Assembly: GCF_006345805.1 (NCBI RefSeq)
Contig: NC_043015.1
Location: 51,336,001 to 51,400,000, forward strand
Origin: Octopus sinensis
Lineage: Eukaryota
Direction of reading: 5' to 3'
Length of the DNA: 64,000 nt
Shown one piece after another: positions 37,884 through 52,199 of the stretch (the stretch's first letter is position 1; each line of letters starts with the position of its first letter). The notes under the pieces are model-generated. The model had not been told where the DNA came from and searched no databases. It saw only the letters and a list, made by a program, of their open reading frames with translations. Both the position numbers and the translations under genes were made by a program.

Positions 37884-38284
37884 TTTTTACTCTTTTACTT
37901 GTTTCAGTCATGTGACTGTGGCCATGCACCGCCTTTAGTCAATCAAATCAACCCCAGGACTTATTCTTTGTAAGCCTAGTACTCATTTTATTGGTCTCAT
38001 TTTTGCCGAACCACTAAGTTACGGGAGTGTAAACACAGCAGCATTGGTTGTCAAGCGATGTTAGGGGGACAAACACAGACACACAAACACGCACATACAC
38101 ACATATATATACATATATACGACGAGCTTCTTTCAGTTTTCGTCTACCAAATCCACTCACAAGGCTTTGGTCGGCCCGAGGCTATGGTAGAAGACACTTA
38201 CCCAAGGTGCCACACAGTGGGACTGAACCCGGAACCATGTGGTTGGTTAGCAAGCTACTTACCACACAGCCACTCCTACGCCTA
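37884..38284 (-). mobile_element. SINE-A, full length, inserted in an inverted-repeat element
   Basis: Complete head and tail; flanks 37744-37883 and 38285-38603 appear to belong to one host element. Confidence 0.88.
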
Positions 38285-38363
38285 TACGCTGACCCAACAG
38301 CAAATCCTTCTGCAAATTTAGGATACATAAATTTAGTTTTATAAGATGCTGTCGTACATTAAA

Positions 38364-38603
38364 TTCAAATTATGATGAAAGTAAACAAAGTTTGTTTTAG
38401 AATCGTTGAGATGTATCAAAAGATAAGGAAATAATTTTATTCTCAAACGCCGACACATTTTTCTGCAAAATATGGGTAGCCAATCCTGTTCTTGCTATAT
38501 TATTAGCATTATCCTGCGTTTGAGAATAAAATTATTTCCTTATCTTTCAATACATCTCAACGCTTCTAAAGCAAACTTTGTCTACTTTCATTCATAATTT
38601 GAA
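38364..38603. repeat. Inverted repeat (~87-bp arms, 65-nt spacer)
   Basis: 38364-38450 is the reverse complement of 38516-38603; a third partial copy lies at 37744-37835. Confidence 0.88.
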
Positions 38604-38811
38604 ATCGTTATCATTATCATTATTGTTATTATAGCCAGCTCTACCTATTTATTGTCATTGCTTTGATGCTGACGTCTTTGACATCAAGTGTTTTGTCCCC
38701 AAGACCTTTTGACACCGTCAAATATTTTGCTTTCATTCTGGTTGACAACCAGCTTCTAATCACAAATATTGAACTGTGTTTAGCTTTCTGCTTCAATTTA
38801 TATGTTTAATA

Positions 38812-39030
38812 TGGTGGCAAGCTAGCAGAAATGTTAGCACGCTGGGCGAAATGCTTAGCGGTATTTTGTCTGTGTTTACGTTCTGAGTTCAAATTCCACC
38901 AAGGTCGACTTTGCCTTTCATCCTTTCGGTGTAGATAAATTAAGTACCAATTGCATACTGGGGTTGATGTAAACGAATCTCCCCCTCCCCCAAATTTCAG
39001 ACCTTGTGCCTGTTGTAGAAAGGATTATTA
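38812..39030 (+). mobile_element. SINE-B (B1 tail)
   Basis: Head and central domain; tail CCCCAAATTTCAGACCTTGTGCCTGTTGTAGAAAGG then (ATT)n. Confidence 0.85.
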
Positions 39031-39059
39031 TTATTATTATTATTTGATTTTTATTTTGA

Positions 39060-39246
39060 AGTTGATGTTGACATACTTGACTCAATAGGCCTCCTCAAGC
39101 ACAGCGGGTGACTCCACGATCCAAGGTTAGCACAGCAGGCCGTCCTGTGAGCCATGAGCTCATTTCGTTTGTCGGGTCTTCACAGTCACAGCATATCTCC
39201 AGAGGTCTTGGTCTTTTGTCATTTCCTCTGTGAGGCCCAACATGCC
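39060..39246 (-). mobile_element. RTE LINE ORF2 C-terminal remnant
   Basis: Minus strand MLGLTEEMTKDQDLWRYAVTVKTRQTK* (39243-39160). Confidence 0.8.
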
Positions 39247-39383
39247 ACTAGCACGAGTATCACACATACAATATCCATTCGATTTTTTCTCTATGCGAGG
39301 CCACTGGTTTAAATTGATATTAATCTAATTAATAGCAATTTCTACCCTTATTATTTAAATTCATATAAATATATATATATATA

Positions 39384-39416
<33 letters not shown>

Positions 39417-39445
39417 GCACACACATATATATATATATTATATAT

Positions 39446-39498
<53 letters not shown>

Positions 39499-40268
39499 CA
39501 TATGTATATATAGAAAAAGAAAACATGAAGACAGGTGTATGAACTAATGCAAGTGTATTAGGTTAATGCTTAGGAAAATGAAAAAGTCTTTTACATTTCA
39601 AGCCTACGCTCTTCAGCAGAGAAGAATAAGTGAAAATAATCAGACTGAGAGAATGGAAAAAAAAAAATATATATATATATCATCATCATCATCATTTAAC
39701 GTCCGTTTTCCATACTAGCATGGGTTGGACAGTTTGACCGGGGTCTGGGAAGCCAGGAGGCTACACTAGGCTCCAGTCTGATATATATATATTCACATAC
39801 ATACATACATACGTGCAAACATACATACGCACACACACGTCAAGCCAAATGAAATTGTAGTCATGGCCGATGCCAATGTTATGTAACTGGTTCCAGTGGC
39901 ACATAAAAGCACCTGTGATACTCTTGGAGTGGCTGGCAGTAGGAAGGGGCATCCAACCGTAGAAGCCGTACCAAATCAGATTGGAACCTGGTGTAGCCTT
40001 AGAGCCTACCAGTTTCAGCCCAACCGTCCGACCCATGCCAGCATGAAAAGCAGACGTGAAAAGACGATGATGATAATGTTGATGATGATGATGATTTGTT
40101 TATTGTGAATCTGAATTCTTTTCTTGTTATTTGAATTTGAATTTTTTGTTATTTTGGCGAGTTTTTGCATGATTTCAGGTGTTTTTAATGATGCTGTAAA
40201 AATTGCTGCTAGACACATTGTTGTGATTTGAAACCTTAACCATGGCTTAAATGAGGAGTAAAGAAAAG

Positions 40269-40329
<61 letters not shown>

Positions 40330-41420
40330 TGGGTGGGAGGGAGGACAACTTTTTGCCTTCAATTATTTTCCTAATTAATATTAGAATTGCGGATACCAGT
40401 TCCAGCTCACAGCACTGCCTGAGAAACAACAGGATTCTTTGAGAAATATTATTTATTACGGGGGATAATCCAAATGGAATAAAGAATAAAAGTATGGATT
40501 ATATTATTCCTGTAAGAAAAACAAATAAAACAAGAGAGAGAGAGAGAAAGAGTGAGAGAGAAAATAAAAAAAAAAACGACTGAAAGAATTGAAAGAGATT
40601 TTAGATAGAGGCAATAAAAATATCAAAACCTGTAATACAACTTTAATCGCTGTTGTTTTTGTTGAGATGCAACCCAAAAGCAGCAACAACAACAACAGCA
40701 ACAACACCAACAACAGTAGGATTCCTGAAACTAAGAATGCCTTCAGTTTGGTTAAACTAAATAGCATGTGGAGTAAAAATTGAGCTGGTTTTCTTGTGAA
40801 TAATTTGTGGTTGCGAAATTCTTTGATAAGGGCCAAGTCGGTTTAATGCTTAAAATTTTGGGGAGGAAGTTGTGTTTGGGGAGAAGAAGAAGAAGCAGAA
40901 GAAGAGAACGAATGCAATTTTCCAGTGTAGCCTATAGACCTAATTAAATCTGCCTGTTGAAGTGAACGCGTCTGAGTTGTCATTGGAGGTAGAGAGAGAG
41001 GGGGGAAGGAGATGGGGGTGGGGGTGAATTATGACAATTATTTCTGAATAAGGGAAAGAAAGGATGAAAAATTGGGGGTGGAGGGGGATAAATGGTTATC
41101 ATTATTATCGCCATCAGAATCAGTGTCGTCATTGTTGTTGTTGTTGTGTTGTTGTTGTTGTCATCATCGTTATTATCTTCATCGGCAGCAATATTGACAT
41201 AATAATTCTGTTGGCACTAAACGCTGCATAGATGTAGAAGCACATACACGCGTGGCACACGCAGATAAATAGAATCACACATACACACACACACACACAC
41301 ACGCACACACACTCACAGAAATACGTAGATTCACATAGATAAATGGATTCGTACACACATAGGCACATACTGGTGGATAGGCAGATTCACTCACACAGAC
41401 AGTTGGATAGATACATTGAT

Positions 41421-41476
<56 letters not shown>

Positions 41477-41588
41477 ATGCAAACACATGCAAAAAGATAA
41501 ATAGATAGATAGATCAATATATAGATAGAATTATAGATAGATGCCTAGAATGACATATAGATAGACAGACAGAGATAGATAGATAGAT

Positions 41589-41630
<42 letters not shown>

Positions 41631-41632
41631 TG

Positions 41633-41665
<33 letters not shown>

Positions 41666-42442
41666 CGAAGATAGATAGATAAATATCTAAATAGGATGAT
41701 AGATTGAATGAGAGATAGATTAGATAGATATGTTTCTTCATCAGCCACACAGGGTTTCACACAGACAGGACAGATTACAAAGTATAGCCTTCCTTTATAG
41801 GGAGAAAAGAAGAAAAATAAAGGAAAAAAAAGATATATAGATAGAATAAGATATAGATAGACAAAGATAGATAGATAGAGATAGCTAGATGGATAGATAG
41901 ATAAGTAGATAGATAGACACACATAGATGAGGGGGAGAGAGAGGGGGGAAGATAGAGAGAAATACAGATTACACACCTGCAATTCCATGTAAATTTTTGA
42001 AAACATTTATGTGTGTGTTTTAACTCTGTGTGTGTGTGTGTGTGTGTATGTGTGTGTCTAAAGTTATTAAGAGTTAAAGAAGTGGTATTCTAATTACTAA
42101 TATGTATATGGATTTTATGTATACACATATACAGAAATGCACACACACTCACACACACACCCACACACACACACATGTATGTATATATAGAAAGAAAGAG
42201 AAAATCAAAGAGAGATTGAGAGGGATTTGCATACAAATGCATGCATGTATGTGTGCATGGGTGAGTGTGTCTGTGTGTATGTATGAATGTCTGGTGATGC
42301 TATATATATGCCTATATATATATATAATACTAATATATATATATACTAGGCATATATGGATACATTTACAACGTGTGTACGTGTATATACCATCATCATC
42401 ATTTAACGTCCATGTTCCATATATACATACATATACATACTT

Positions 42443-42500
<58 letters not shown>

Positions 42501-42702
42501 TATATATATATATATTATATATAGGTAGGCATATATGTATATGTGTACATATATACATGTGTGTATGTGTATATACCTTCATCATCATCATTTAAAGGTT
42601 GTGTTCCATATATACACACATGCATATGACACATACTTACATATATATGTATGTGTATGTATGTATATATAAATGTGTGTGATAATATACATATGTATAT
42701 AT

Positions 42703-42750
<48 letters not shown>

Positions 42751-43173
42751 CACACACTCATTATCAATTAATAAAGTTCATAAGTTATAAGTAGGATACA
42801 ATATCTTTCATGTGATGTGCTGTCTATAGATGAAACACTACTTGCTGAAACAGACCTACATATGCTTATCATAGATAAGTTAGTGACGTGTAATTTTTAC
42901 AAACACACACTGTCACGCACACACAAACACACACACAGATGCACGTTTGTTTTGCCACCACGTAGACACGCAAAATCATATTTTTCCCTCCATCATTTCT
43001 TTCTATTACATCTTGCACATTTGTTATTTCTCCTTTTAGATATGAAGATTTGAAATTGTCTGTTTATATATCCTCCAGGAATTCATGATTGATGAGTTGT
43101 CTGGCGGTAGAAGTTGGTGCTTTTATAGCCCAGATTAATTTAATTACAATTTTCCATTAATTTCCATTGTGCA

Positions 43174-43213
<40 letters not shown>

Positions 43214-44102
43214 AAAAGAGAGAGAGATAGATAGATGGAAAGAAAACTGTAGGGGCAGTGAGCCGGGTCTGGGGGTGTGTGTGTGCCGATGGCGGTGACG
43301 GGAGATCAAAGCTAGGCAAATTTATGACATTTAATCATTCGCTGAACAAATTAATATGAAAGAATGGGGTTTGTCTCCCCGCATATAGATTGGCTCTTTG
43401 GTAAACACCGTTATTTTCTCTTTAATTATTTTTCTCTATGTTCCAAACAAACATTGTCTTAGCCAGAGCATCATCATCTCACTACCACCGCCACCACCAC
43501 CACCGCCACCGCCACCATTACAGACCCTCCTCTCTGTCTTGCCCTAGCAAATGGTGATGCTCATGACGATGATGATAATGACGACGCTGTTGCTAATGAT
43601 GATGGTAATGGCGGCAGCGGTGGTGGTGGTGGTGGTGTGGTGGGGTTTTTTTTTAAGGGAGTTTATAATTATTAATAGATAAATAACGCAAGCTGGTTAT
43701 AGATAAAAAAAAAAAAGATTATTGATTAAACGAGAAATAAATTACTTTAAAGGCACTTGTGGGTTGCTTTTAAAAACTTTTCCGTTAAGTTTTTCTTTAT
43801 TTTTCTTCGTAATTAGTACAACTACTACTACTACTACTACTTTTTTATCATCATCACCATTATCATCATCATTATCATTATCTTTATTATTATCATTATC
43901 ATTATCATTATTATTATCGTTAGGCGTGGTGGAATTTGCTTTTTGCTAAGTTGCGATATTGGATGTTGATATTAGGCAGAGAGGAAGTTTGTAGATGGAT
44001 AAATAATATACAATATATATAACATTATAACATATCTATCTATCTATCTATCTATATAATATAATATATATATATAGATATATGATATATACATATAAAT
44101 AT

Positions 44103-44167
<65 letters not shown>

Positions 44168-44749
44168 CACCACACACATATATATATATTATATTAAATA
44201 TATGCATATATATATATATATATATATACATATATAATATATATGTATATATATATACATATATTTTTGCTTGATATGGATCTGCTGCCTGCAGTTGGGA
44301 AATTCCCAGCTGTCCAAGCATGCAACACAGTTCTTCTGTTTACATAGACTTGCATACCCTTACACGCACACTCACACATGTGCACGCAATTGTGCACACA
44401 CATGCACATGAACAAACACATGCATACACACACATACAAACACACACACATACACACACACAACTGTAGATGTACATGTCCCATTTTTCCCATTTTGTTC
44501 GTCCCTCTTCCTGAAACAGAAATGGAGTGGAAAATAGTCAGTAAATTCGAATATGGAATTGGGTGAACGATATTTTGAGCAAGTGCGCGCTTTCTAATAA
44601 CACACACTCATTCATACTGGGAAATATGTGTGTACTTGTGTATATATGTACGTGTTTATATGTATGTGTAAAAAAAGAGAGAGAAAGTGAGAGATTTGAG
44701 CATTCTTCCTCTACTGGCATGAAGGAGGCATTTTGTTTTATTCAAAGTG

Positions 44750-45700
44750 TAATGAGACAAACAGTAGCACCCATTATGCTCTTTTGCAGAGTTCTGAGTC
44801 TTGTGTAGAAAGAGGAGTAGAAAATGGCTTTCCAGTTATTCTCATACTGGAGGTTTGGTCCATGCATGCTTGCAATAGAGAAAGGCTCCAAAATGGTGTG
44901 CATTCTCTTCTGGTCTCTGAAACTTACCAGCAGCCAGTATGCGGAGTTTTCAGCTAACTACATTTACACTGGGAATCTGTTTCCAAATCTCAGACTGGGA
45001 GTTTGGTACACACACTCTTACAATAGAATCGACCCTTCTAAAAGCACTCAGGGGTCAGATGTTGTGTTAAACAGGGTGACCAAAAAAGTCTCCCATCCCA
45101 GAATTAATTCCAGTTTATGTATGACTCATTTAGCATTGTATTTCTCTTCCCAGATTTACTTACAAACCATGAGTTGGTCTCACTCTGTAAGAAAAGAAAC
45201 TTGACTGAGCTGTCATATATTGGGAACAAACCTGAATCAATCTCTTCTCTTCCAAGTTAGCTCAGAGCAGAGTTATCTCCTTTTTGGTATCTTGTGCTTG
45301 CGCTTGCGGTGGCATTTAATCTTGGTTGGTTTAGTTAACTCTCATCAAAGAGGAGTTCATGTTCGGAGTGTCAGTGGTAATACAAGTTCACATGTGGTCC
45401 ATAGCAGCTCATTTTGCTGTCGATTGTCGACTGTTGCTGAGGTTTCACTGAGCAAATCATCACCAATTATCAGATCAGATGGAGCCTGGGTTTGAAGTGG
45501 GTTCTAGAGACATACTTTAACAAAAGCTTAGGGATGACTCACTCCAGCATGCTGGACACCAGCCTGGAATTTCCTTTGGTATATGTACTGATGAAGTCAG
45601 AGTTCAAAATGCATGTATCCATTAGTCTGATGAAGCTCTGAGCTGATTATGGTGTTTTTACACTTTCTCTCTCAATTTCTTTTCTCCATGGCAAACAGCA
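44750..45700 (+). mobile_element. Possible highly decayed Penelope-like element 3' portion
   Basis: High-complexity block; faint traces ENGFPVILILEV..GVHS (cf. PLE RT ENG.L.FLDVEV..GVYT) and LSYIGNK (cf. LPYIG), ending in two decayed CTGATGA hammerhead-like cores at ~45588 and ~45627. Confidence 0.3.
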
Positions 45701-45807
45701 GTGAAAAGTCTTTTACAGGTTCAAATACCTCTAAAGCATATTTGAACTGCTATTTTGTTTACTCTCAGTCACTGTTTCGCAAATCCCTTCTTGAATTTCT
45801 TCTTATA

Positions 45808-47098
45808 GGTGCAGGAGTGGCTGTATTGTAAGTAGTTTGCTTACCAGCCACATGGTTCTGGGTTCAGTCTGATTGAGTGGCAACTTGGGCAAGTATCTTC
45901 TACTCTAGCCTTGGGCCAATCAAAGCCTTGTGAGTGGATTTGGTAGATGGAAACTGAAAGAAGCCCGTCATATATACATATATATTGAAATCAAATTTGA
46001 TGACTGGCATCCATGCTAGTGGAGTGCTAAGAGCACCATTTGAGTGTGATCGTTACCAGCATCGCCTTACTGGCACTTGTGCTGGTGGCATGTGAAAAAA
46101 TATTCGAACGAGGTCGTTGCCAGTGCCGCTGGACTGGCTCCTGTGCAGGTGGCACATAAAAAACACCTTTTGAGCATGGCCGTTGCCAGTACTGCCTGGG
46201 TGGCCCTCATGCCAGTGGCATGTAAAAGCATCCACTACACCCTCAGAGTGGTTGGCATTAGGAAGGGCATCCAGCTGTAGAAACTCTGCCAGATCAAACT
46301 GGAGCCTGGTACAGCCATCTGGTTTGCCAGTCCTCAGTCAAATTGTCCAACCCATGCTAGCATGGAAAGCAGATGTTAAACGATGATGATGATGTTGATG
46401 ATATGTATGTATGTGTACATATATTGTTTGTCCCCCCCCCCTACCAATGCTTGACAACCGATGCTGATGTGTTTACATCCCCGTAACTTAGCAGTTCAGC
46501 AAAAGATACCGATAGAATAAGTACTAGGCTTACAAAGAATAAGTCCTGGGGTGAATTTGCTCGACTAAAGGCGGTACTCCAGCTTGGCCACAGTCAAATG
46601 ACAGAAACAAATAAAAGAATTTTTGTCTTAGTCTTGATGTCAAACACAACAGCATGATGAGAATAAGCTAATTATTTTTCATGGTCTTCTATTTTTTTAC
46701 GTGTTTCAGTCATTAAACTGTGGCCATACTGGAGTACCACCTTCAAAAAATTCTTAATTGAATGAATCAACCCCAGTACTTGTTTGTATTTTTTTTTTAA
46801 GCCAGGTTCTTGTTTTATCTTTCTCTTTTACTGAACCGCTAAGTTACAGGGATGTAAACACACCAACACCAGTTCTCAAGCAGTGGTGGGGGGACAAACA
46901 CAGACACAAAGACATGTGCTCACACACACACACACAACAGGCTTCTTTCAATTTCCATCTACCAAATTCAGTCATAACGCTTTGGTCAGCCCAAGGCTAT
47001 AGTAAAAGACGCTTGCCCAAGGTGCCATGCAGTGGGACTGAACCTAGAACCATGTAGTTGGGAAGTAAAGTTCCTACCACACAGCCATGGCTGCAGCT
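45808..47098. mobile_element. SINE-A (+) carrying an RTE 3'UTR insertion (~45990-46400), followed by an inverted SINE-A (46690-47098, -)
   Basis: SINE-A head at 45808 resumes at ~46420 after an RTE tail with (GAT)n; an opposite-strand copy begins ~70 bp after its tail. Confidence 0.8.
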
Positions 47099-47658
47099 AT
47101 TTTTGATTAATTTCAGCATTTTGATGTTTACGTTTTTTTTTCTCTCTTTGTCTTAATTTGTTTCGTAATGTTCTTATTTTTTGTTAATCAAATGCATCTG
47201 ATATTACTAAAACATATACACACTTTTAAATTGAATCAAGAAACCATTTTTATAAACTTTAATTTTGTAATGTGATACCAATGACTGTCATATGAATTAT
47301 TACCCTTCTGTCCATCCATCTTTCTGTCTGCCTGCCGAGATTACTCTTGGAGCTTATTATAATTGAATGTCCATGATGCAGCCGTGGCTGTGTGGTAGGA
47401 GGTTTGCTTTCCAGCCATGTGCTTGCTGGTTCCGTTCCACTGCTGTCTGGGAGATATCTTATGGTAGTAGAATAGTATTTTAACTGCTATTTCGGTATGT
47501 GGTGAAGCAAATTTTGCTGAACCCTAATTATGATTATGCTCATAATTATAGAATTTTTGTATAAGTTTGCCGATAATGGTTCTTTACATGCCAAACTACT
47601 TGGTAAAATCATTAATTATCAATTGATTAGTTAATTTTACCCTTTATTATTATTGATA

Positions 47659-48705
47659 TGTAAAAGCACCATCCGTTCGTGTCCGTTGCCAGCCTCGCCT
47701 GGCCCCCGTGCCGGTGGCACGTAAAAGCACCATCCGTTTGTGGCCGTTTTCCAGCTCCGTCTGGCTCCTGTGCGGGTGGCACGTAAAATGCACCCACTAC
47801 ACTCGTGGAGTGGCTGGCATTAGGAAGGGCATCCAGCCGTAGAAACACTGCCAGATCAGACTGGGCCTGATGCAGCCTTCTGGCTTCACAGACCCCAGTT
47901 GAACCGTCCAACCCATGCTAGCATGGAAAACAGACGCTAAATGATGATGATAATGATATATATATATATATATTGCGGTTCATCTGTCGCGGTTCACCTA
48001 TCACAGTTTACCTATTGCAGTTCACCTGCTGCGGTTTATTATTTAAGCTTACATTGATTCCTCCGTGGTGGTGTTTTGCATATGTAATAAAATAAATATA
48101 TACATCATCATCATCGTTTAATGTCCGTTTTCCATGCTAGCATGGGTTGGATGGTTCAACTGGGGTCTGTGAAGCCAGAAGGCTGCATCAGGCCCAGTCT
48201 GATCTGGCAGTGTTTCTATGGCTGGATGCCCTTCCTAATGCCAGCCACTCCACGGGCGAAATTCTTAACGGTATTTCGTCTGCCGTTACGTTGTGAGTTC
48301 AAATTTCGCCGAGGCCGACTTTGCCTTCCATCCTTTCAGGGTCGATAAATTAAGTACCAGTTACGCACTGGGGTCGATGTAATCGGCTTAATACCTATGT
48401 CTATCCTTGTTTGTCCCCTCTGTGTTTAGCCCTTTGTGGGTAATAAAGAAATAGGTTCGGCCGGGGTCTGGGAAGCCAGGAGGCTGCACCAGCCTCCAGT
48501 CTGATCTGGCACTGTTTCTACAGCTTGATGCACTTCCTAACGCCAACCACTCCATGTGTGTAGTGGGTGCTTTTTACATGCCACTGGCACAGGGGCCAGA
48601 GAAGGCTGGCAACGACCACGATCAGTTGGTGCTTTTTACGTGCCACCAGCATGGACACCAGTCAAAGTGGCGCTGGCATCGGCCACATTTGGATGGTGCT
48701 CCGTT
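47659..48705. mobile_element. Cluster of RTE 3'UTR fragments (both strands), a 5'-truncated SINE-B2 (48254-48453) and a 14-bp tandem repeat (47975-48037)
   Basis: Directly visible RTE tail motifs, B2 tail, and GCGGTTCACCTGTC-like units; a pogo/Tigger-like TIR end ..GCGATAGTTGAGAGATTACTG|TA lies at ~48782-48804. Confidence 0.75.
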
Positions 48706-49762
48706 ATAAAAAAAAATATACAGTACTGTTTCTATTTTGTGGATTTTCACCTGTTGCAGGGGGTTTTGGAACACAACACCTGCGATAGTTGAGAGATTAC
48801 TGTACATTAATCCCAGCAACACAAATTAACTTCTCCCCCACCACCACCTTTTTTGTTTTTGTATGATTGTAGGGTATGATTTGAGGGAGATTTGGCTGCC
48901 GTTCAAGTATTTCTTATACGAGCAAATGCATCGAGTCCCCTTTCCTTGGTTTAGTCGCTTTCACATCAGAAACATTAAATGGAGATACAAGAAAGATACA
49001 AAATTAATATTTGGTCAACTATATGACAAACATTAAACAGAGATATAGAAATACACAGAGATTACTACCAGCTTGATATTGTAGCCTTCTATATCACTAT
49101 TTAATGGTTGCAGTATTGTATCTTCCAGACACTTTTGCAATTTCTTCACAAGACTTTATTCACATATTTATTTAACTGGTGTGATTATTGTAGCATTCTG
49201 CCAGACAATAAATTTTGATGATAGCTTGCGACTTGACATTGTTTTGCAATGTGAACTGTTTTGTTTGTTGTTGGTTTTTTTTTTGTTTTTGTGTGTGTGA
49301 TTTTTTTTTTCTTTGTATTCTTGTTGATGATAATATTCAATTCAAATCACTATTGTATTGGAAACATTTCTTACTTTACATAAGTTTTTCCTATGTAATC
49401 AGTTATTCAGTCGTTTGGCATTTTGGGTGGGGATCCATTTACAAAAAGCCAAACGGATTCTTCTTTTCTTTCAATAATGAATGTTCCTGCCGTTTTGATT
49501 ACTAAAACTACCTATTCACTAAATTATGGACTTGTTGAGCCACAGATCAGGTTTGACCAAATAGATCTTTAGTCATAGGTCTTCTAGCCATAACCACATT
49601 GTATTTTTTTTTCCAGATTGTCCTTCTTTCTCTGAAGGGATATTTAGCTGATATTTTTCATATACAAAGTGACCACACATATACTTACACATATGTATGT
49701 ATGTATGTATGTATCTATCTATCTTCAAAGTTATGCCCCAGCATGGCCATAGTCCAATGATC

Positions 49763-49923
49763 TGGCTGTGTAGTAAGAAGATTGCTTCCCAACCACATGG
49801 TTCCAAGTTCAGTCCTACTGCATGGCACCTTAGGCAAGTGTCTTCTGTTATAGCCTTGGGTCAACCAAAGCCTTGTGAGTGGATTTGGTAGGCAGAAACT
49901 GAAAGAAGCCCATTGTACATATA

Positions 49924-49982
<59 letters not shown>

Positions 49983-50600
49983 TATATATAATATATATGT
50001 ATATATTTATGTGTGTGTCTTTGTGTCTGTGTTTGCCCCCACCCCCCATCACCTGACAACCGATGTTGGTGTGCTTACATCCCTACAAAGGAAACTGATA
50101 ATATCAGTACTAGGCTTATGAAAAATAAGTCTCGGGGTTGATTTCTTCGACCAAAAAACCCTTTACGGTGACGCTCCAGCATGGCCACAGCCAAATGACT
50201 GAAATAAGTAAAAGAAGAAAACAATGAATAAAAGAATATATTTGTGGATGTGGCTGTGTGCTAAGAAGCTTGCTTCTGAATCATGTGGTTCCTGGTTCAG
50301 CCCCACTGTGTGGCACCTTGGGCGAATGTCTTTTATTTTAGCCCCAGGCCAACCAAAGCCTTGTGAGTGGACTGTGCATTTGGTTGAGAAAAACTGATAA
50401 AAGCCCGCTATCACTTAACTGGTGTTGGTGTGTTTACATCCCTGTAACTTGGTAAGTTCAGTGAAAGAAACCAACAGAGTACCTACTAGGCTTGAAAAGA
50501 TTATAAGTACTGGCATCGATTCCTTCGACTAAAACCGTTCTTCAAGGTGGTGCCCCAGCATGGCCACAGTCTAATGACTGAAACATGTAAAAGATAAAAG
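49763..50600 (+). mobile_element. Two tandem SINE-A copies
   Basis: Heads at ~49763 and ~50245, each with a tail. Confidence 0.82.
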
Positions 50601-50837
50601 ATGCAGTCTCTGTCTCTGTCATTTTATGCCAACATTCTCAGTCCCAACCCAAGCATGCCCTACATTTCAAAGATATTCTCTGAGCACGGAACCAATTTTA
50701 CCTGATCCTAATTAAATTTCAAAAAGGTCGGTCTTATTAATCCAAATAATTTATCCATTTTCTTTCATTATTTATTATCTGCTATTACATTTAATGAGAT
50801 ATACTTTCTTTATATAATAGTTTTATTATTATTATTA

Positions 50838-50881
<44 letters not shown>

Positions 50882-50998
50882 GCCTCAGTCACTTTGTTCA
50901 AGTTAAATCTGTGTGAGACTCAATTTTTTTTTTATGTTTTTGCTCTAATGTTGCTTTAGTTTTTTGAAATGTTGGCCTCCTTTAATAATTTAAATTTC

Positions 50999-51031
<33 letters not shown>

Positions 51032-51082
51032 CTGATGTAGAAATTAAAAAGAAATCCAAATAAATACACACGTGCACACACA

Positions 51083-51117
<35 letters not shown>

Positions 51118-51858
51118 ATGCAGTCATTACAGACTTCGTTACATCTTATGTTTTCTATGTTAATTTTTCTTCTATTTTCTTCCGCTCTGTGTATAACGAA
51201 CCGTTTTTTTCTTTTTTTCCATTACTCATTTCAACCTGGAGGAATTAATTTCTTGCAATGATAATAATAATTCAGTCTAATATTTTTTGCCACGAGGCAA
51301 ACATTTCATTATTTATTGCATAATGAATTTTGCATACAATTATTTTTTCTTTCTTTAGTAATTATAATATGATTAATATCATGTGTGGGTGTGTTTGTGT
51401 GCATGTGTATGTGTGTGTGTGTGTGTGTGAGTGATTGTCATCGTCATTTCAATGTCTACTTTTCCATGCTTGTATCAGTCAAATGAGGATACATCAGGAC
51501 TGAATTTTCCATGGCCTAAATGAGATCAATTCCTACCAATTTCTGACCATATTTTCTGACATACAAGTTAAATTTTGTGGACCGAAATTTACAGTTTAAA
51601 AAAAATGTAGGTTCATTTGTGTACAATGTCAGCTTTAGAGGGCCAAACGAATTACAGGTAAAATTCTGCAGGTTTTCAAATGGGAATGATGATGTAAAGA
51701 TTATTTACCAACATAATATGGTATTCCTGGTTTAGGATGAATGTTGCTGTAATTTAGCACCAGGAGACATCATCTCCAGCTGGCTATACGACATGATTTG
51801 TGTCTTTATATTTTCAAACCAGGGAATCTAGCACCCCAACTTAGCTCAAAACAATATC

Positions 51859-51897
51859 TTGTATCGCGATTTCTGGGTTATTTCCCTTCATCAGCAG
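51859..51897 (-). ncRNA. Type I hammerhead ribozyme (downstream copy on the minus strand)
   Basis: ctg-CTGATGA-a GGG aaataa CCC a-GAAA-tcgcg-ATA-caa: intact helix II and III, short helix I. Confidence 0.65.
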
Positions 51898-52199
51898 TTT
51901 GTCTAGAGGTGGCGCTTTCCAAATTCCCGTTCGGAAAATATATAGTTTTCAAAGTGACAACTAGTCACTGATCTATAAATTAGAAAATTACTATTTTTAA
52001 ATCTCACAACATGAGATATTCAGAAACAGTACTTTGTAGTAAACATTGTTTGCCAACATAACATGGCAGTCCTGGTTTAGGATGAATGTTGCTGTAATTT
52101 AGCCCCAGGAGATGTTGTTTCCAGCTGGCTATATGACACAATCTGTGTCCTTTATTTTCGAACAAGGGAATCTAGCACCTCCACTCAGCTCAAAACAAT

